Assembly (NCBI GenBank): GCA_963695095.1
Contig: CAVOFT010000001.1
Span: 1,600,001 to 1,664,000 of the forward strand
Direction: 5' to 3'
Length of the DNA stretch: 64,000 nucleotides
Source of the DNA: an uncultured bacterium
GTDB lineage: Bacteria; Krumholzibacteriota; Krumholzibacteriia; JACNKJ01
Positions 38,549 through 49,181 of the stretch are shown piece by piece. Positions within the stretch are counted from its first letter, which is position 1; each line of letters begins with the position of its first letter. A model generated the notes under the pieces. It ran no database searches. It worked only from the letters and a program-made list of their open reading frames with translations, and was not told where the DNA came from. The translations under genes were made by a program, and so were the position numbers.

Positions 38549-41095
38549 GTGCGCCGCCTGCTCCTCAGCTTGCTCGTGCTCGGCCTGGCCGCTACCGCCG
38601 CGGCCGCGCCCCGCGACTACGCGGAGCTGCATCCACGCATCCTGGTCGATGCGGCCCTGCTCGCCGCGCTCCCGGATTCGATCGCCGCCGATCCCGTCAA
38701 GGCCCTGGTCTGGTCCGACATGCTGAACACGGCCGAGATCTACCAGCATGTGCCGGTGGAGATCGTCTTCGGCAGCAGCTTTGGCTTCACGACCGCCCCC
38801 TTGCTCGCGCTGTCGGCTCTGCTCGCCGACGAACCGGTGGCCGGCGCGGTCACCCAGAAGCTGCTCGACGCCACGCGTCTGCTGATCGAGAGCCAGAGCG
38901 TCTGGGGCAGCGGCGACGAGCTGTCGGCGGCAGTCCGCCTGCGCACGCTCCTGACCATGTACGACCTGGCCTTCGCCACGGCCGACAGCCAGCTCACCGC
39001 GGATCTGCTCGGCGAAGTGCGCGATTACATCCGGACGATGAGCACGGACTTCGTCTTCACGCGCGGCCTCTACAATCCCTACTGCAGCAACCACAGCATC
39101 GCCATCGGCGCCACCTTGATCCACGCGGAGCTCTGCCTGCGCGACGACTGGCCGGGGGACACGGATCTCGCCCTCGCTCGCAGCGTGGGCGAGGCGCTGG
39201 TCGCCAAGGGCCTCGCGGATCTGCTGGGAGCGGACGGCAGCTTCGCGGAGGGCGGGCTGTACCTGGCCTACTGCTTTCGCCTGCTGGTGCCGGTCTGGGA
39301 GGCCGCGCGCCGCCTCGATGGCGTCGAACTCTGGAACGAGGCCAAGGTGAGGGCCGCGCTCGAGTGGGCGGCCTACATGCTGGTGCCGGAGGGGGGCACC
39401 TGCCTGAATCGCAACGATTGCTCGGAGAGCAGCCGCCCCTTCGCCCTGCACACCACCCTCTGGGAGTGGGCGCAGTCGGCCCTGCCCGATCCCCGTTTCG
39501 CGCGGTGGATGCAGGACACGATCAGTGGACCGCATGGCTTCTACTTCGGCAGCGTGAGCGACCTGCCCGCGACCCTGCTCTGGCATCGCGCCGGTCCGCA
39601 GCGGGCGCCCGGGGAGTTCCTGCCTCCCGAACGCACTTTCCCCGATCAGGGGCTCTACGTCTACCGGCGCGGCTGGCCGCGCGATCCCCTGGCCGAGAGC
39701 CTGCAGTTCACCCTGCAGGCCGGCAAGTTCTGGGGGGGGCACTGGCAGGAGGACGTCGGCCACTTCACCCTGCGCGCCTTCGGTGAGGCCTTCGGCATGG
39801 ACCACGGCCCGGGGGCTGCCGCAGTGGAGACGGAAGCCCACAGCTTGCCGCTGGTCGATGGCCGGGGGCAGCACAATGCCGGCGCCAGCATCGGCACGGA
39901 CGGCACGCTCGAAGTGCGCGTGGACCGCGGCTTCTGCCGCGTGCTGCGGGCGGACATGGCGCCGGCCTACAGCGGGCACTCCCCCTTCAACGATCCCGAC
40001 TATCCGCTGCCCGGCACGGACTGGTCCTGGGGCTACGATGGCGGCAACCCGCTGGCGCGCGCCGACCGCTGGGTGATCCTGCTGCCCGGCAACGAGCCCG
40101 CAATGCCCGTCTTCTACCTGCTCGACGACCTGCGCAAGGACGGCGCCGCGCACACCTTCGCGTGGCGCTTGCAGCATGCCCTGAACCTGAGCCTGGGCGT
40201 GGCCGGCGAGCGCTACACCCTGACGGGCGCGCAGGGCCGTCTGGAAGCCGATCTGCTCTGGCCGGCGCCGGCGGCCGTGACCTGGAGCGAGGCGGTCTAC
40301 GACAACGGGACCAACGAGCCCGACAGCCGGACCCTGAGCGTCGTGCAGAGCGCCATCGACGGCCGCTTCCTCTGGCAGCTCGAGCCGCTGGCGCCCGGTG
40401 TGCCCAGTCGACCGCTCGCCGTCCAGCGCTTTGCGGACGGCCTGCGCGCGAGCAGCGGCGAGAGCACTGGAATTCGCCGGGATTTCGTCGCCGGCTGGGA
40501 TGCGATCCTCAGCGAGCCGGGCCTGGTGCTGGCCGGCCGCTTCGGGCTCCGTGAGCAGAGACCGGGCGGCGTGGCGCGCTCGCTGCTCGTCGACGGCTAC
40601 GAGCTGCGCCTGGACGAACAGCTCTACATCGGCATGTATCCGGCGGGCTGGGCGGTAGCGGACAGCGACACGGTCTGGCTCTCCGGCCCGGAGCACGATT
40701 TCCTGATCTATGCGCCGGCCGCCACCGCCGTCATGGCCGGTGAGCTCGCGCTGCCCTTCGCGCGCGAGGGCGACTACGTCCGTCGCGGCGACTGGACCGC
40801 CCTGCCGGGGCCGCCGCCTGCCGCCGCGGCCTCCTGGCGCCTGGCCGCCACCGGCGGCGCGCAGCCGCAGCTGGCCCTGGCCGGGCCCGGCGCCGCCCAG
40901 GTCAGCCTGGAGCTCTTCGACCTGCAGGGGCGCCGCGTGCGCCGCCTCCTCGACGGCGCGCTGCCTGCGGGCGAGCGCCGCCTCGTCTGGGACGGCGCCG
41001 ACGAGCGCGGCCGTCGCTGCGCCGCTGGCCTCTACTTCGCCCGACTGACGGCGGCGGGAACCCGCCGCGAGGCGCGCGTGCTCCTTCTGCGCTAG
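38549..41095 (+). CDS. Secreted heparinase II/III-like protein with C-terminal FlgD-Ig sorting domain
   Basis: Signal peptide, SNH, DGSFAEGGLY, GHWQEDVGHF, EAHSL; ends LFDLQGRRVRRL...WDGADERG...GLYFARL. Confidence 0.75.
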   Translation: MRRLLLSLLVLGLAATAAAAPRDYAELHPRILVDAALLAALPDSIAADPVKALVWSDMLNTAEIYQHVPVEIVFGSSFGFTTAPLLALSALLADEPVAGAVTQKLLDATRLLIESQSVWGSGDELSAAVRLRTLLTMYDLAFATADSQLTADLLGEVRDYIRTMSTDFVFTRGLYNPYCSNHSIAIGATLIHAELCLRDDWPGDTDLALARSVGEALVAKGLADLLGADGSFAEGGLYLAYCFRLLVPVWEAARRLDGVELWNEAKVRAALEWAAYMLVPEGGTCLNRNDCSESSRPFALHTTLWEWAQSALPDPRFARWMQDTISGPHGFYFGSVSDLPATLLWHRAGPQRAPGEFLPPERTFPDQGLYVYRRGWPRDPLAESLQFTLQAGKFWGGHWQEDVGHFTLRAFGEAFGMDHGPGAAAVETEAHSLPLVDGRGQHNAGASIGTDGTLEVRVDRGFCRVLRADMAPAYSGHSPFNDPDYPLPGTDWSWGYDGGNPLARADRWVILLPGNEPAMPVFYLLDDLRKDGAAHTFAWRLQHALNLSLGVAGERYTLTGAQGRLEADLLWPAPAAVTWSEAVYDNGTNEPDSRTLSVVQSAIDGRFLWQLEPLAPGVPSRPLAVQRFADGLRASSGESTGIRRDFVAGWDAILSEPGLVLAGRFGLREQRPGGVARSLLVDGYELRLDEQLYIGMYPAGWAVADSDTVWLSGPEHDFLIYAPAATAVMAGELALPFAREGDYVRRGDWTALPGPPPAAAASWRLAATGGAQPQLALAGPGAAQVSLELFDLQGRRVRRLLDGALPAGERRLVWDGADERGRRCAAGLYFARLTAAGTRREARVLLLR

Positions 41096-41110
41096 GCGAT
41101 CGGGTCGGGC

Positions 41111-41139
41111 TTGCCAGCGACCGGGCGCCTCGGTACATT
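41111..41139 (+). promoter_or_regulatory. Sigma70-like promoter
   Basis: TTGCCA-N17-TACATT upstream of the dehydrogenase gene. Confidence 0.55.
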
Positions 41140-41201
41140 GCACGGCGTCTGACTACCCTTCCGCTCCCGCAATCACCCCGCCCCTATTCAGGAGGAACAG
41201 A

Positions 41202-42320
41202 GTGGCCGCCTACAAGATCGCCTGGCTCCCCGGTGACGGAGTTGGCAAGGATGTGATGGATGCCGCCCGGCTGGTGCTGAACGCGCTCAAGATCGATGCC
41301 GAGTACACCCACGGGGACATCGGCTGGGAGTTCTGGTGCCAGGAGGGCAATGCCCTGCCCGATCGCACCCTGGACTTGCTGCGCGCAAGTGAGGCGGCAC
41401 TCTTCGGCGCCATCACGAGCAAGCCGGTCGGCGAGGCTGAGAAAGAGCTGGTGCCCGAGCTGAGGGGCAAGGGCCTCGTCTACTTCAGTCCCATCGTGCG
41501 CCTGCGCCAGGAATTCAACCTCCACACCAACCTGCGGCCCTGCAAGGCCTACCCGGGCAATCCCCTGAATCACAAGGAGGGGATCGACATCGTCGTGTTC
41601 CGCGAGAACACCGAGGGACTCTACGTCGGCATGGAGGCGCACCCGATCCCGGACGGGCTCTTCGACGCCATGGTCGCCCACATGCCCAAGACCAAGCGCT
41701 TCTCCAGCGTTCCGCGCGACGAGATGGCGATGAGCGTGCGCCTGGTCACCAAGGCGGGCTGCGCGAACATCGTGCGCCAGGCCTTCGAGTTCGCCAAGCG
41801 CGAGCAGCGCCGCAGCGTGACCCTGGTGGAGAAGCCCAATGTCCTGCGCCAGACCGGCGGGCTCTTCACCCGTGTCGCCCGCGAGGTCGCCAAGGACTAC
41901 CCCGGCATCCCGCTCTGGGAGACCAACATCGACGCCATGTGCATGTGGCTGGTGAAGAACCCCCAGGACTACGACGTGCTCGTGGCCGAGAACATGTTCG
42001 GCGACATCATCAGCGACCTCGCCGCGCAGCTGGTGGGGGGGCTGGGCTTCGCCGCCAGCGGCAACATCGGCGACAAGTTCGCGGTCTTCGAGCCGACGCA
42101 CGGCAGCGCGCCCAAGTACGCGGGCCAGAACAAGGTGAACCCGATGGCCATGCTGCTCTCGGCCAAGTTGATGCTCGATTTCCTGGACGAGAAGCCGGCT
42201 GGGGAGCGCTTGGAGAAGGCCATCGCCGCCGTCGTGGCCGAGGGCAAGGTGCGCACCTACGACATGGGCGGTAGCGCGACCACGCTCGAGATGGCCGAGG
42301 CGGTGGCGCGCAAGCTCTAG
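41202..42320 (+). CDS. Isocitrate/isopropylmalate dehydrogenase family enzyme
   Basis: LPGDGVG, FRENTEGLY, ENMFGDIISD, FEPTHGSAP, TYDMGG. Confidence 0.92.
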   Translation: MAAYKIAWLPGDGVGKDVMDAARLVLNALKIDAEYTHGDIGWEFWCQEGNALPDRTLDLLRASEAALFGAITSKPVGEAEKELVPELRGKGLVYFSPIVRLRQEFNLHTNLRPCKAYPGNPLNHKEGIDIVVFRENTEGLYVGMEAHPIPDGLFDAMVAHMPKTKRFSSVPRDEMAMSVRLVTKAGCANIVRQAFEFAKREQRRSVTLVEKPNVLRQTGGLFTRVAREVAKDYPGIPLWETNIDAMCMWLVKNPQDYDVLVAENMFGDIISDLAAQLVGGLGFAASGNIGDKFAVFEPTHGSAPKYAGQNKVNPMAMLLSAKLMLDFLDEKPAGERLEKAIAAVVAEGKVRTYDMGGSATTLEMAEAVARKL

Positions 42321-42325
42321 CGGCC

Positions 42326-43414
42326 ATGGCCGCGCGGCCGCTCGCCTGGCTCCTCATCGAGCCCTTCTACGGGGGCAGCCACCGGTCCCTCGTCGACGGC
42401 TTGGCCGAGCGGCTGGACCGGCCGGTCCTCCTCTGGACCCTGCCTGCCCGCCACTGGAAGTGGCGGATGCGCGGCGCGGCCCTGCACTTCGCCGAGCGCT
42501 GGCGGCGCGAGCGCCCCCAGGTGGCGGGCATCTTCGCCACCTCGCTCCTGGACGCCGCCGCCTTGCGCGGGCTCCTGCCCCCCGAGGCGGCGGCGCTGCC
42601 CTTCCTGCTCTACTTCCACGAGCAGCAGCTGGCCTATCCCGTGCGCCTCGCGGAGCCCCGTGATGCGCACTTCGCCTGGACGAATGTGCAGAGCGCAGCG
42701 GCGGCCGATCGCCTGCTCTGGAACTCAGCCTACAACCGCGACAGCTTCTTCGCCGCTCTACCGCTGCTCTTGGCGAGGCTGCCGGCGCCGCGCCTGACCC
42801 ACATGCCGGCCGCCCTGGCGGCGCGTTCGCAGGTGCTGCCCGTGCCGGCGGCACTGGCGGCCCTGGCCGCGGCGCCCCGGCCGCCGCGCGGCCCGCTCCC
42901 GCGCCTGCTGTGGAATCACCGCTGGGAGCACGACAAGGGTCCCGAGGAGTTCTTCGCGGCGCTGGCCGCCTTGGCGGCCGAGGGCTGGGCCTTCGAGGTC
43001 TCGGTGCTCGGCCAGCAGTTCCGCGGGGCGCCGGCCGTCTTCGCCGAGGCGAAGGCGGCCCTCGGCGAGCGCCTCCGCCACTGGGGCTACCTGGAGTCCC
43101 GCGCTGACTACAGCCGGGCCTTGCTCGAGGCGGACCTGGTGATCTCGACGGCCCGGCAGGAGTTCCAGGGCCTGGCGGTACTCGAGGCCGCCGCAGCCGG
43201 TTGCCTGCCGCTCGTGCCGGACGCGCTCGCCTATCCCGAAATCTGGCCGCCCGGTCGCCGCTACCCGCCGGGTGGACTGCTGCCGGCCCTGCGGGCCCAG
43301 CTCGCTCAGCCCGAGCGCTGGGCCGACGAAGCGGCGGCCTGCCGCCGCCTGGCGCTGGCCTGGGACTGGGAAGCGCTCTTGCCGCGCTGGCAGGCCCTGT
43401 TCCGCGCGCCCTGA
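42326..43414 (+). CDS. DUF3524/GTDC1-like GT-B glycosyltransferase
   Basis: EPFYGGSH, LPARHWKWRMRG, YFHEQQLAYP, WNHRWEHDKGPE. Confidence 0.85.
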   Translation: MAARPLAWLLIEPFYGGSHRSLVDGLAERLDRPVLLWTLPARHWKWRMRGAALHFAERWRRERPQVAGIFATSLLDAAALRGLLPPEAAALPFLLYFHEQQLAYPVRLAEPRDAHFAWTNVQSAAAADRLLWNSAYNRDSFFAALPLLLARLPAPRLTHMPAALAARSQVLPVPAALAALAAAPRPPRGPLPRLLWNHRWEHDKGPEEFFAALAALAAEGWAFEVSVLGQQFRGAPAVFAEAKAALGERLRHWGYLESRADYSRALLEADLVISTARQEFQGLAVLEAAAAGCLPLVPDALAYPEIWPPGRRYPPGGLLPALRAQLAQPERWADEAAACRRLALAWDWEALLPRWQALFRAP

Positions 43415-43547
43415 AACCGCCCGCTGGTCCCCGGAGGCGCCGGCCGAATCAGATCAAGGCCGCTCCGTTCGTTGCCGATGACTTCCCCGAGAGCGGTTCC
43501 CGGCGAATCCACTCCAGACCCGGGGCGCCAAGGCCCCATGCAGGACC

Positions 43548-46500
43548 ATGCACCGCAATGCTCCCTTGCTGGCCCTTGCGCTGCTGACCGCCATGCCGGC
43601 TGCATTGAAGGCAGCCGCAGGCGGGCTGGGCGGCTATGCCGAGCTGGGCCTGGTCCACATCAGCAACTTCAAGACGCACGAGCTGGGCTTCAATCCGCAG
43701 AACTGGTCCGGCGCCCAGGATAGCCTGGGCGTGGTCTACGTGGGCAACACCGAGGGCCTGCTCGAGTACGACGGCCGCGAATGGCGGCGCGTGCCGGCCC
43801 TGGGGCAGGACGTCGTGCGCGCCGTCCACGCCGACCGCCGGGGGCGCATCTGCGTCGGCGGCCGTCGCGACTTCGGCGTGCTGGTCCCGGATTCCACCGG
43901 CCAGGCGTCGCTCGCCTCGCTGCGCCGCCTGCTCCCGGCCGCGGAGGCAGCGCGTGGCGAGGACGAGATTCTCAACATCGTGGAGACCAGTCAGGGGCTC
44001 TTCTTCCAAGGCCGCCAGGGCATCTACCTCTGGACCGGCGGCGAGGACAGCCTGCAGGTCTGGCGTCCCGGCGAGCGCTTCCACGGTCTCTTCGCCGCTC
44101 ACGATGAGGTGTACACCCGGCAGGTGGGCCTTGGCTTGCAGCGGCTCCTGCCGGACGGCGAGCTGGCCCTGCTCCCCGGCGGCGAGCGCTTTGCCGAGAG
44201 CAGTCTCAACGTGCTGCTCCCTCTGGCCGCTGGCGGTCTCCTGCTGGGCGGCGGCGACGACCATGGCCTCTACCGCTACGCAGGAGGCCGCTTCACGCCC
44301 CTGCCTCCGGAGCTGAACTATCGCCTGCAGGCGGCGCAGAGCTATCGGGCACTGGCGCTTGCCGACGGCAGCCTCCTGCTGGCCACCCTGCGCCAGGGGG
44401 TCCTGGTGCTGGACCTGGAGGCGGGCACGCTGCTCAGCGTCCAGGACAAGTCGGTAGGGCTCATCGACAACATGGTCCTGGGCCTGTTCCGCGATCAGCA
44501 GGGCGGGCTCTGGGCGACCTGCGACAATGGCATCTCGCGCCTGGAATTGCCTGCCCGTCTGAGCAGCTTCGACGAGCGCCTGGGCCTGGAGGGCTCCGTG
44601 GAGGCCATTGCGCGCGATGGCCAGCAGCTCTACGTGGCCACTTCCTGGGGTATCTATGCCTCGCAGCGCAGCGGGGGTCGCCTGCGCTTCGCCCGCGTGC
44701 CGGGTATCGCTACCCAGTGCTGGACCCTGCTCGCCACGGAGGCGGGCGTGCTCGCCGGCTGCAACGACGGTGTCTTCCGGGTCAGGCCGCAGGCCGCCGA
44801 GCGGGTGCTCGCCGATCCCACCGTCTTCGAGCTCAGCCGCTCGCTGGCGGATCCCGGACTCATCCTCGCCGGCGGGGAGGGAGGCCTGCGGCTGCTGCGG
44901 CTCAGCGCGGGGCAATGGCGCGCGGCGGGCCGCCTGGCCGGCATCGCCGGCGTCGTGCGCAGCGTCCGCCAGGATCGCGAGGGCGCCATCTACATCGCCT
45001 GGGACGAGGGCGGCGGCCTCGTGCTCAGCTATGGCGCCGGCCTCGATGCGGCGCCCACGGGCCGCTTCAAGCTGGGACCCGAGCCGGGGACGACGGCCAA
45101 TGCCGCGCTCTCGCTGCTTACCGTCGACGGGCAGGTGGCCATCGGCACCGAATTCGGGCTCTACCGGGCGCGCCTGGATGCTCGCGTGGGCGACGATCTC
45201 CTGCCGCTCGCGCCGGACAGCACCTTCGGCCGCGCCTTCGCCGACAGCAGCCGCGAGGTCTATCGCCTGGTTCAGGATGGTCGTGGCGCCGCCTGGATAG
45301 CCGGGGACGAGACGATCGGCTTCGTGCCGCGTGGCGGGCAGGCCGCTGAAGACTGGCAATCGCGAGACCTGATGCGCATTCCGCACCTGGCCAGCATGGC
45401 CCTGCTGCTCGAGCCCGATGGTGTGCTCTGGGTGGGCCACTACTACGGCCTCACCCGTCTCGATCAGCGGGCCCCCGCCCGCCACCTGGCCAGTTATCGC
45501 CCCTTGCTGCGCGTCAGCGCCGTGGATCCGGACTCGCTCCTGCGCGGCGTGCGCCCCGGTGGCCCCGCCGTCGAGGCGCTGCCGGCAGGCCTCGGCGCCC
45601 TGCGCTTCGAGTTCGCGGCGCCCAGCCTCGACGCTCCGGCCCGCACGCTCTTCCGCCACCGCCTGGACGGCTTCGATGACAAGTGGTCCGAGTGGTCTGT
45701 CGACACGCGCAAGGATTACACGAACCTGGCCGGCGGCAGCTACCGCTTCCGCGTCCAGGCCCGCGATCTCTACGGGACCGAGAGCGCCGAGGCCAGCTAT
45801 GCCTTTCGCATCCCCCTGCCCTGGACGCGGACCTGGTGGGCCTATGGCGGCCTCGGTCTGCTGCTGCTCGGCCTGGTGGCGCTGCTGGGGGGCGGCCTGA
45901 ACCGCTACCGGATGCGACTGCTCGAGGCGCGCATCCGTGAGCGCACCTCGCAGCTGGTGAAGATGGTGGGCGAACTGCAGACTTCGCAGCAGGAGGCCGA
46001 GCAGGCGCGCAGCGAGGCGGAGGCCGCCACGCGCGCCAAGAGCGAGTTCCTGGCCACGATGAGCCATGAGATCCGCACGCCGATGAACGGCGTCATCGGC
46101 ATGGCCCAGCTCATCCTGGACAGCGGACCCAACGATGAGCACCGCGACTACCTGGAGATCATCCGCAGCTCGGGCGATGCCCTGCTCGTGATCATCAACG
46201 ACATCCTCGATTTCTCGAAGATCGAGGCGGGCCTGCTCGAGCTGAGCGACGAGCCCTTCGCCCTGCACGAGTGCGTGGAAGAAGCGCTCGACCTCGTCTC
46301 CCTGCGCGTGGCCGAGAAGCGGCTGGAGCTTTCCTGCCTGCTGGCGCCGGAGTTGCCGCAGCTGATTCTCGGCGACGGTCCGCGCTTGCGCCAGATCTTG
46401 ATCAACCTGCTCTCGAACGCGGTGAAGTTCACCGAGCGCGGGGAAGTCGGCCTCCAGGTCGATGCGCGTGCGCTCACGGGCGATCGCGTCGAGCTGCACT

Positions 46501-47600
46501 TCAGCGTGCGCGACACCGGCATCGGCATCTCGCCGGAGGGGCAGGCGCGGCTGTTCAAGTCCTTCAGCCAGGTGGACGGTTCCACCTCGCGCAAGTACGG
46601 CGGCACCGGCCTCGGTCTCGCCATTTGCAAGCAGCTCTGCGAGCTGATGGGCGGCCGCATCTGGGTGGAGAGCGAGGCTGGGCGCGGCGCCGTCTTCCAC
46701 TTCACGATGCGCGCGCCGGTGCTGGAGCTGGGGGGGCAGACGCCCCCGTCGCCCGCCCTGGCGGGGCGACGGGCCCTGCTGGTGGAGGACAACGCCGCGA
46801 GCCGCGCCGCGCTGTTGCTGGCGCTGCGCGGCCAGGGGCTCGCGGTCCGCGCCGCGGCGAGCGGCGAGGAAGCGCTCTCCAGCCTGGCTGCGAGCGAGGC
46901 CGAGGGCGAAGGCCTCGACCTGCTGCTCGTGGACGAGGATCTCGGCGGACTCGACCGCGGCGATTGCGCACAGCGTCTGGCGACCTTGCTCGCGCCGCGC
47001 GGCGTGCCGGTGATCCTCCTCCAAGGGCCGGGGCTGGGCGGAGGGCGCCTGGAGGATCCCGGCTTCGTCGGCGCCCTGACCAAGCCGGTCAAGGCGAGTC
47101 AGCTTGCGCAGCTGCTGTCGATGATCTTCGCCGAGGGGCGGACTGGCGAGCGGCCGCCGGCGGGCGCCAGGCCACTGGCCGTGCTGGCGGGCGGACGGGA
47201 TGGCGTCGGCTCCAGCGAGTCTCCCCTGCGCATCTTGCTTGCCGAGGACAACCAGGTCAACCAGAAGGTCGCCCTCAGCATGCTGAGACGCCTGGGCCTG
47301 CGTGCGGATCTGGCCGAGAACGGCCTCGTCGCCCTGCAGCGCCTGGCGGAACAGGACTACGATCTCGTGCTGATGGATATGCAGATGCCCCAGCTGGATG
47401 GGCTGGCCGCCACGCGCCGCATCCGCGCCGAGCTACCGCTGGAGCGGCAGCCGCGCATCGTCGCCGTCACCGCCAATGCCATGAAGGGCGACCGCGAGCG
47501 CTGCCTGGAGGCCGGCATGGACGACTACGTGAGCAAGCCGCTGCGCAAGGAAGACCTCGAAGGCGCCCTGGCGCGCGCCGGCCTGCTGGCGCGGCCCTAG
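43548..47600 (+). CDS. Hybrid sensor histidine kinase (beta-propeller, YYY, TM, HisKA, HATPase, two REC domains)
   Basis: [47 protein letters not shown]. Confidence 0.93.
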   Translation: MHRNAPLLALALLTAMPAALKAAAGGLGGYAELGLVHISNFKTHELGFNPQNWSGAQDSLGVVYVGNTEGLLEYDGREWRRVPALGQDVVRAVHADRRGRICVGGRRDFGVLVPDSTGQASLASLRRLLPAAEAARGEDEILNIVETSQGLFFQGRQGIYLWTGGEDSLQVWRPGERFHGLFAAHDEVYTRQVGLGLQRLLPDGELALLPGGERFAESSLNVLLPLAAGGLLLGGGDDHGLYRYAGGRFTPLPPELNYRLQAAQSYRALALADGSLLLATLRQGVLVLDLEAGTLLSVQDKSVGLIDNMVLGLFRDQQGGLWATCDNGISRLELPARLSSFDERLGLEGSVEAIARDGQQLYVATSWGIYASQRSGGRLRFARVPGIATQCWTLLATEAGVLAGCNDGVFRVRPQAAERVLADPTVFELSRSLADPGLILAGGEGGLRLLRLSAGQWRAAGRLAGIAGVVRSVRQDREGAIYIAWDEGGGLVLSYGAGLDAAPTGRFKLGPEPGTTANAALSLLTVDGQVAIGTEFGLYRARLDARVGDDLLPLAPDSTFGRAFADSSREVYRLVQDGRGAAWIAGDETIGFVPRGGQAAEDWQSRDLMRIPHLASMALLLEPDGVLWVGHYYGLTRLDQRAPARHLASYRPLLRVSAVDPDSLLRGVRPGGPAVEALPAGLGALRFEFAAPSLDAPARTLFRHRLDGFDDKWSEWSVDTRKDYTNLAGGSYRFRVQARDLYGTESAEASYAFRIPLPWTRTWWAYGGLGLLLLGLVALLGGGLNRYRMRLLEARIRERTSQLVKMVGELQTSQQEAEQARSEAEAATRAKSEFLATMSHEIRTPMNGVIGMAQLILDSGPNDEHRDYLEIIRSSGDALLVIINDILDFSKIEAGLLELSDEPFALHECVEEALDLVSLRVAEKRLELSCLLAPELPQLILGDGPRLRQILINLLSNAVKFTERGEVGLQVDARALTGDRVELHFSVRDTGIGISPEGQARLFKSFSQVDGSTSRKYGGTGLGLAICKQLCELMGGRIWVESEAGRGAVFHFTMRAPVLELGGQTPPSPALAGRRALLVEDNAASRAALLLALRGQGLAVRAAASGEEALSSLAASEAEGEGLDLLLVDEDLGGLDRGDCAQRLATLLAPRGVPVILLQGPGLGGGRLEDPGFVGALTKPVKASQLAQLLSMIFAEGRTGERPPAGARPLAVLAGGRDGVGSSESPLRILLAEDNQVNQKVALSMLRRLGLRADLAENGLVALQRLAEQDYDLVLMDMQMPQLDGLAATRRIRAELPLERQPRIVAVTANAMKGDRERCLEAGMDDYVSKPLRKEDLEGALARAGLLARP

Positions 47601-47612
47601 GCCGGTCGCCGC

Positions 47613-49181
47613 CTAGGGGCTCGCGGTCTCGGGCACCGCGTAGACCACGTCGAGCAGGGTCCCGTCCACCCACTTCACCGCGCCCACGATCCTGTCGCTC
47701 ACGCGCGGCGGGGCGGGCTTGCCGCCGCAGATCGCCTCCACCTCGGCCTGCAACTCGGCGATGGGCCGCAGCGGCAGACCCGCGGCCCGCGCCGCCGTCG
47801 CCAGGTCCTCGCGGCGCGGGTTCACCGCCAGTCCGCGCTCCGTGACGACGACGTCGATGAGCTCGCCTGGGCCGCAAAGCGTGGTGACTTCATCCACGAG
47901 CACCGGGATGCGATCGCGGTAGGAAGGGATGGGCAGGATGGTCACCTTGGCGGTGAGGCAGTTCTGCCAGCCGCCGATGCCGTGCAGCATGAGGCCGTCG
48001 GAGTGGGTGACCACGTTGGCGTTGAAGTGGCGGTCCACCTCGGTGGCGCCGAGAATGGCGAAGTCGACCAGGGAGGCGAAATTGCCCTTGCCGTGCCAGT
48101 TGTAGCTGGTGAAGGGGCTGGTTGCCACGTGACGCGGGTTCTCGCGCATCGAGCGCACGCCCTCGAGGTCGAAGGTCTGACCGTCGAGGATGTAGTCGGC
48201 CAGGCCCTCCTCGAGCATCTCGACGAGGTACTTGGTCGAGCCGCCGCGCAGGAAGCGCGCGCGCACGCCATCGGCCAGCATCATCTCCTTGAGGAAGAGC
48301 GCCGAGGCCAGCGCCGTGCCGCCGGCGCCGGCCTGCATCGAGAAGCCGTCGCGATAGTAGGGCGTAGCGCGCATGAAGCGCGCGGTGAGCTCGGAAATCA
48401 ACAGGCGGTCGGGACTCTTCGTGAGCACCGTGGTGCCGCTGACGATCTGGGCCGGGTCACCGATCGAGTCCAGCTCGACCACGTAGTCCACGTTGTTGCC
48501 CTGGATCTGCCAGGGCACGCAGGGGAAGGGCACCAGGTTGTCGGTGACGACGATGACGCGGTCGGCGTACATCGAATCGACGAGGCCGAAGTTGAGGCTG
48601 CCGCAGGCGCTGGGCCCGCGGTCACCGGTGGCGTTGCCGAAGGCGTCCGCCGTGGGGGCGGGCAGGATGGCGATGTCGATGTGCACCTCGCCGTCCTGGA
48701 CGGCCTGCCAGCGGCCGCCGTGGCTGCGCAGCACGGCGACGCCGTTCATGTGGCCGCGGCTGGCGAAGTGGCCGAGGGGGCCGTTGAGCGAGCCCTCGAC
48801 GCGGCGGACGACGCCCGCCTTCATCAGCTCGATGATCGGCGCGTGACAGGGGAAGGCGGCGCTGGGGAACCAGACGAGGTCCTTGACGCCGAGTTCCGCC
48901 GCGGCCTGGAAGACGAGGTTCATCACCCGGTCGCCGTTGCGGAAGTGGTGGTGGTTGCTGATCGTCATGCCATCGCGCAGGCCGCAATGGCGCAGCGCTT
49001 CCTTGATGCTCGCCACGCGCTTGTCGCCGTCGGCGGGGTAGTCCGCGCAGTGGCGGATCGGCGGTGCTGCCTTGCGGCCGGTCGGGGCGAACTGCCCGAG
49101 GCCCTGGTAGGGCACCTGGGGGACGCCGTTGATTGCCGTGGGCACCTTGCGCCCCGCGGCGTTGACGGTGAACTCGCTCAC
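47613..49181 (-). CDS. citF: Citrate lyase alpha subunit (citrate-ACP transferase)
   Basis: GLRDGMTISNHHHFRNGD, RSHGGR, QAGAGG, DVVVTERG. Confidence 0.93.
   Translation of the reverse strand: MSEFTVNAAGRKVPTAINGVPQVPYQGLGQFAPTGRKAAPPIRHCADYPADGDKRVASIKEALRHCGLRDGMTISNHHHFRNGDRVMNLVFQAAAELGVKDLVWFPSAAFPCHAPIIELMKAGVVRRVEGSLNGPLGHFASRGHMNGVAVLRSHGGRWQAVQDGEVHIDIAILPAPTADAFGNATGDRGPSACGSLNFGLVDSMYADRVIVVTDNLVPFPCVPWQIQGNNVDYVVELDSIGDPAQIVSGTTVLTKSPDRLLISELTARFMRATPYYRDGFSMQAGAGGTALASALFLKEMMLADGVRARFLRGGSTKYLVEMLEEGLADYILDGQTFDLEGVRSMRENPRHVATSPFTSYNWHGKGNFASLVDFAILGATEVDRHFNANVVTHSDGLMLHGIGGWQNCLTAKVTILPIPSYRDRIPVLVDEVTTLCGPGELIDVVVTERGLAVNPRREDLATAARAAGLPLRPIAELQAEVEAICGGKPAPPRVSDRIVGAVKWVDGTLLDVVYAVPETASP

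Noticed and set aside
37355..41143. Very long minus-strand ORFs (also 43449-47024 and 61768-63879)
   Set aside because: Antisense shadows of real genes caused by high GC3; no protein motifs.
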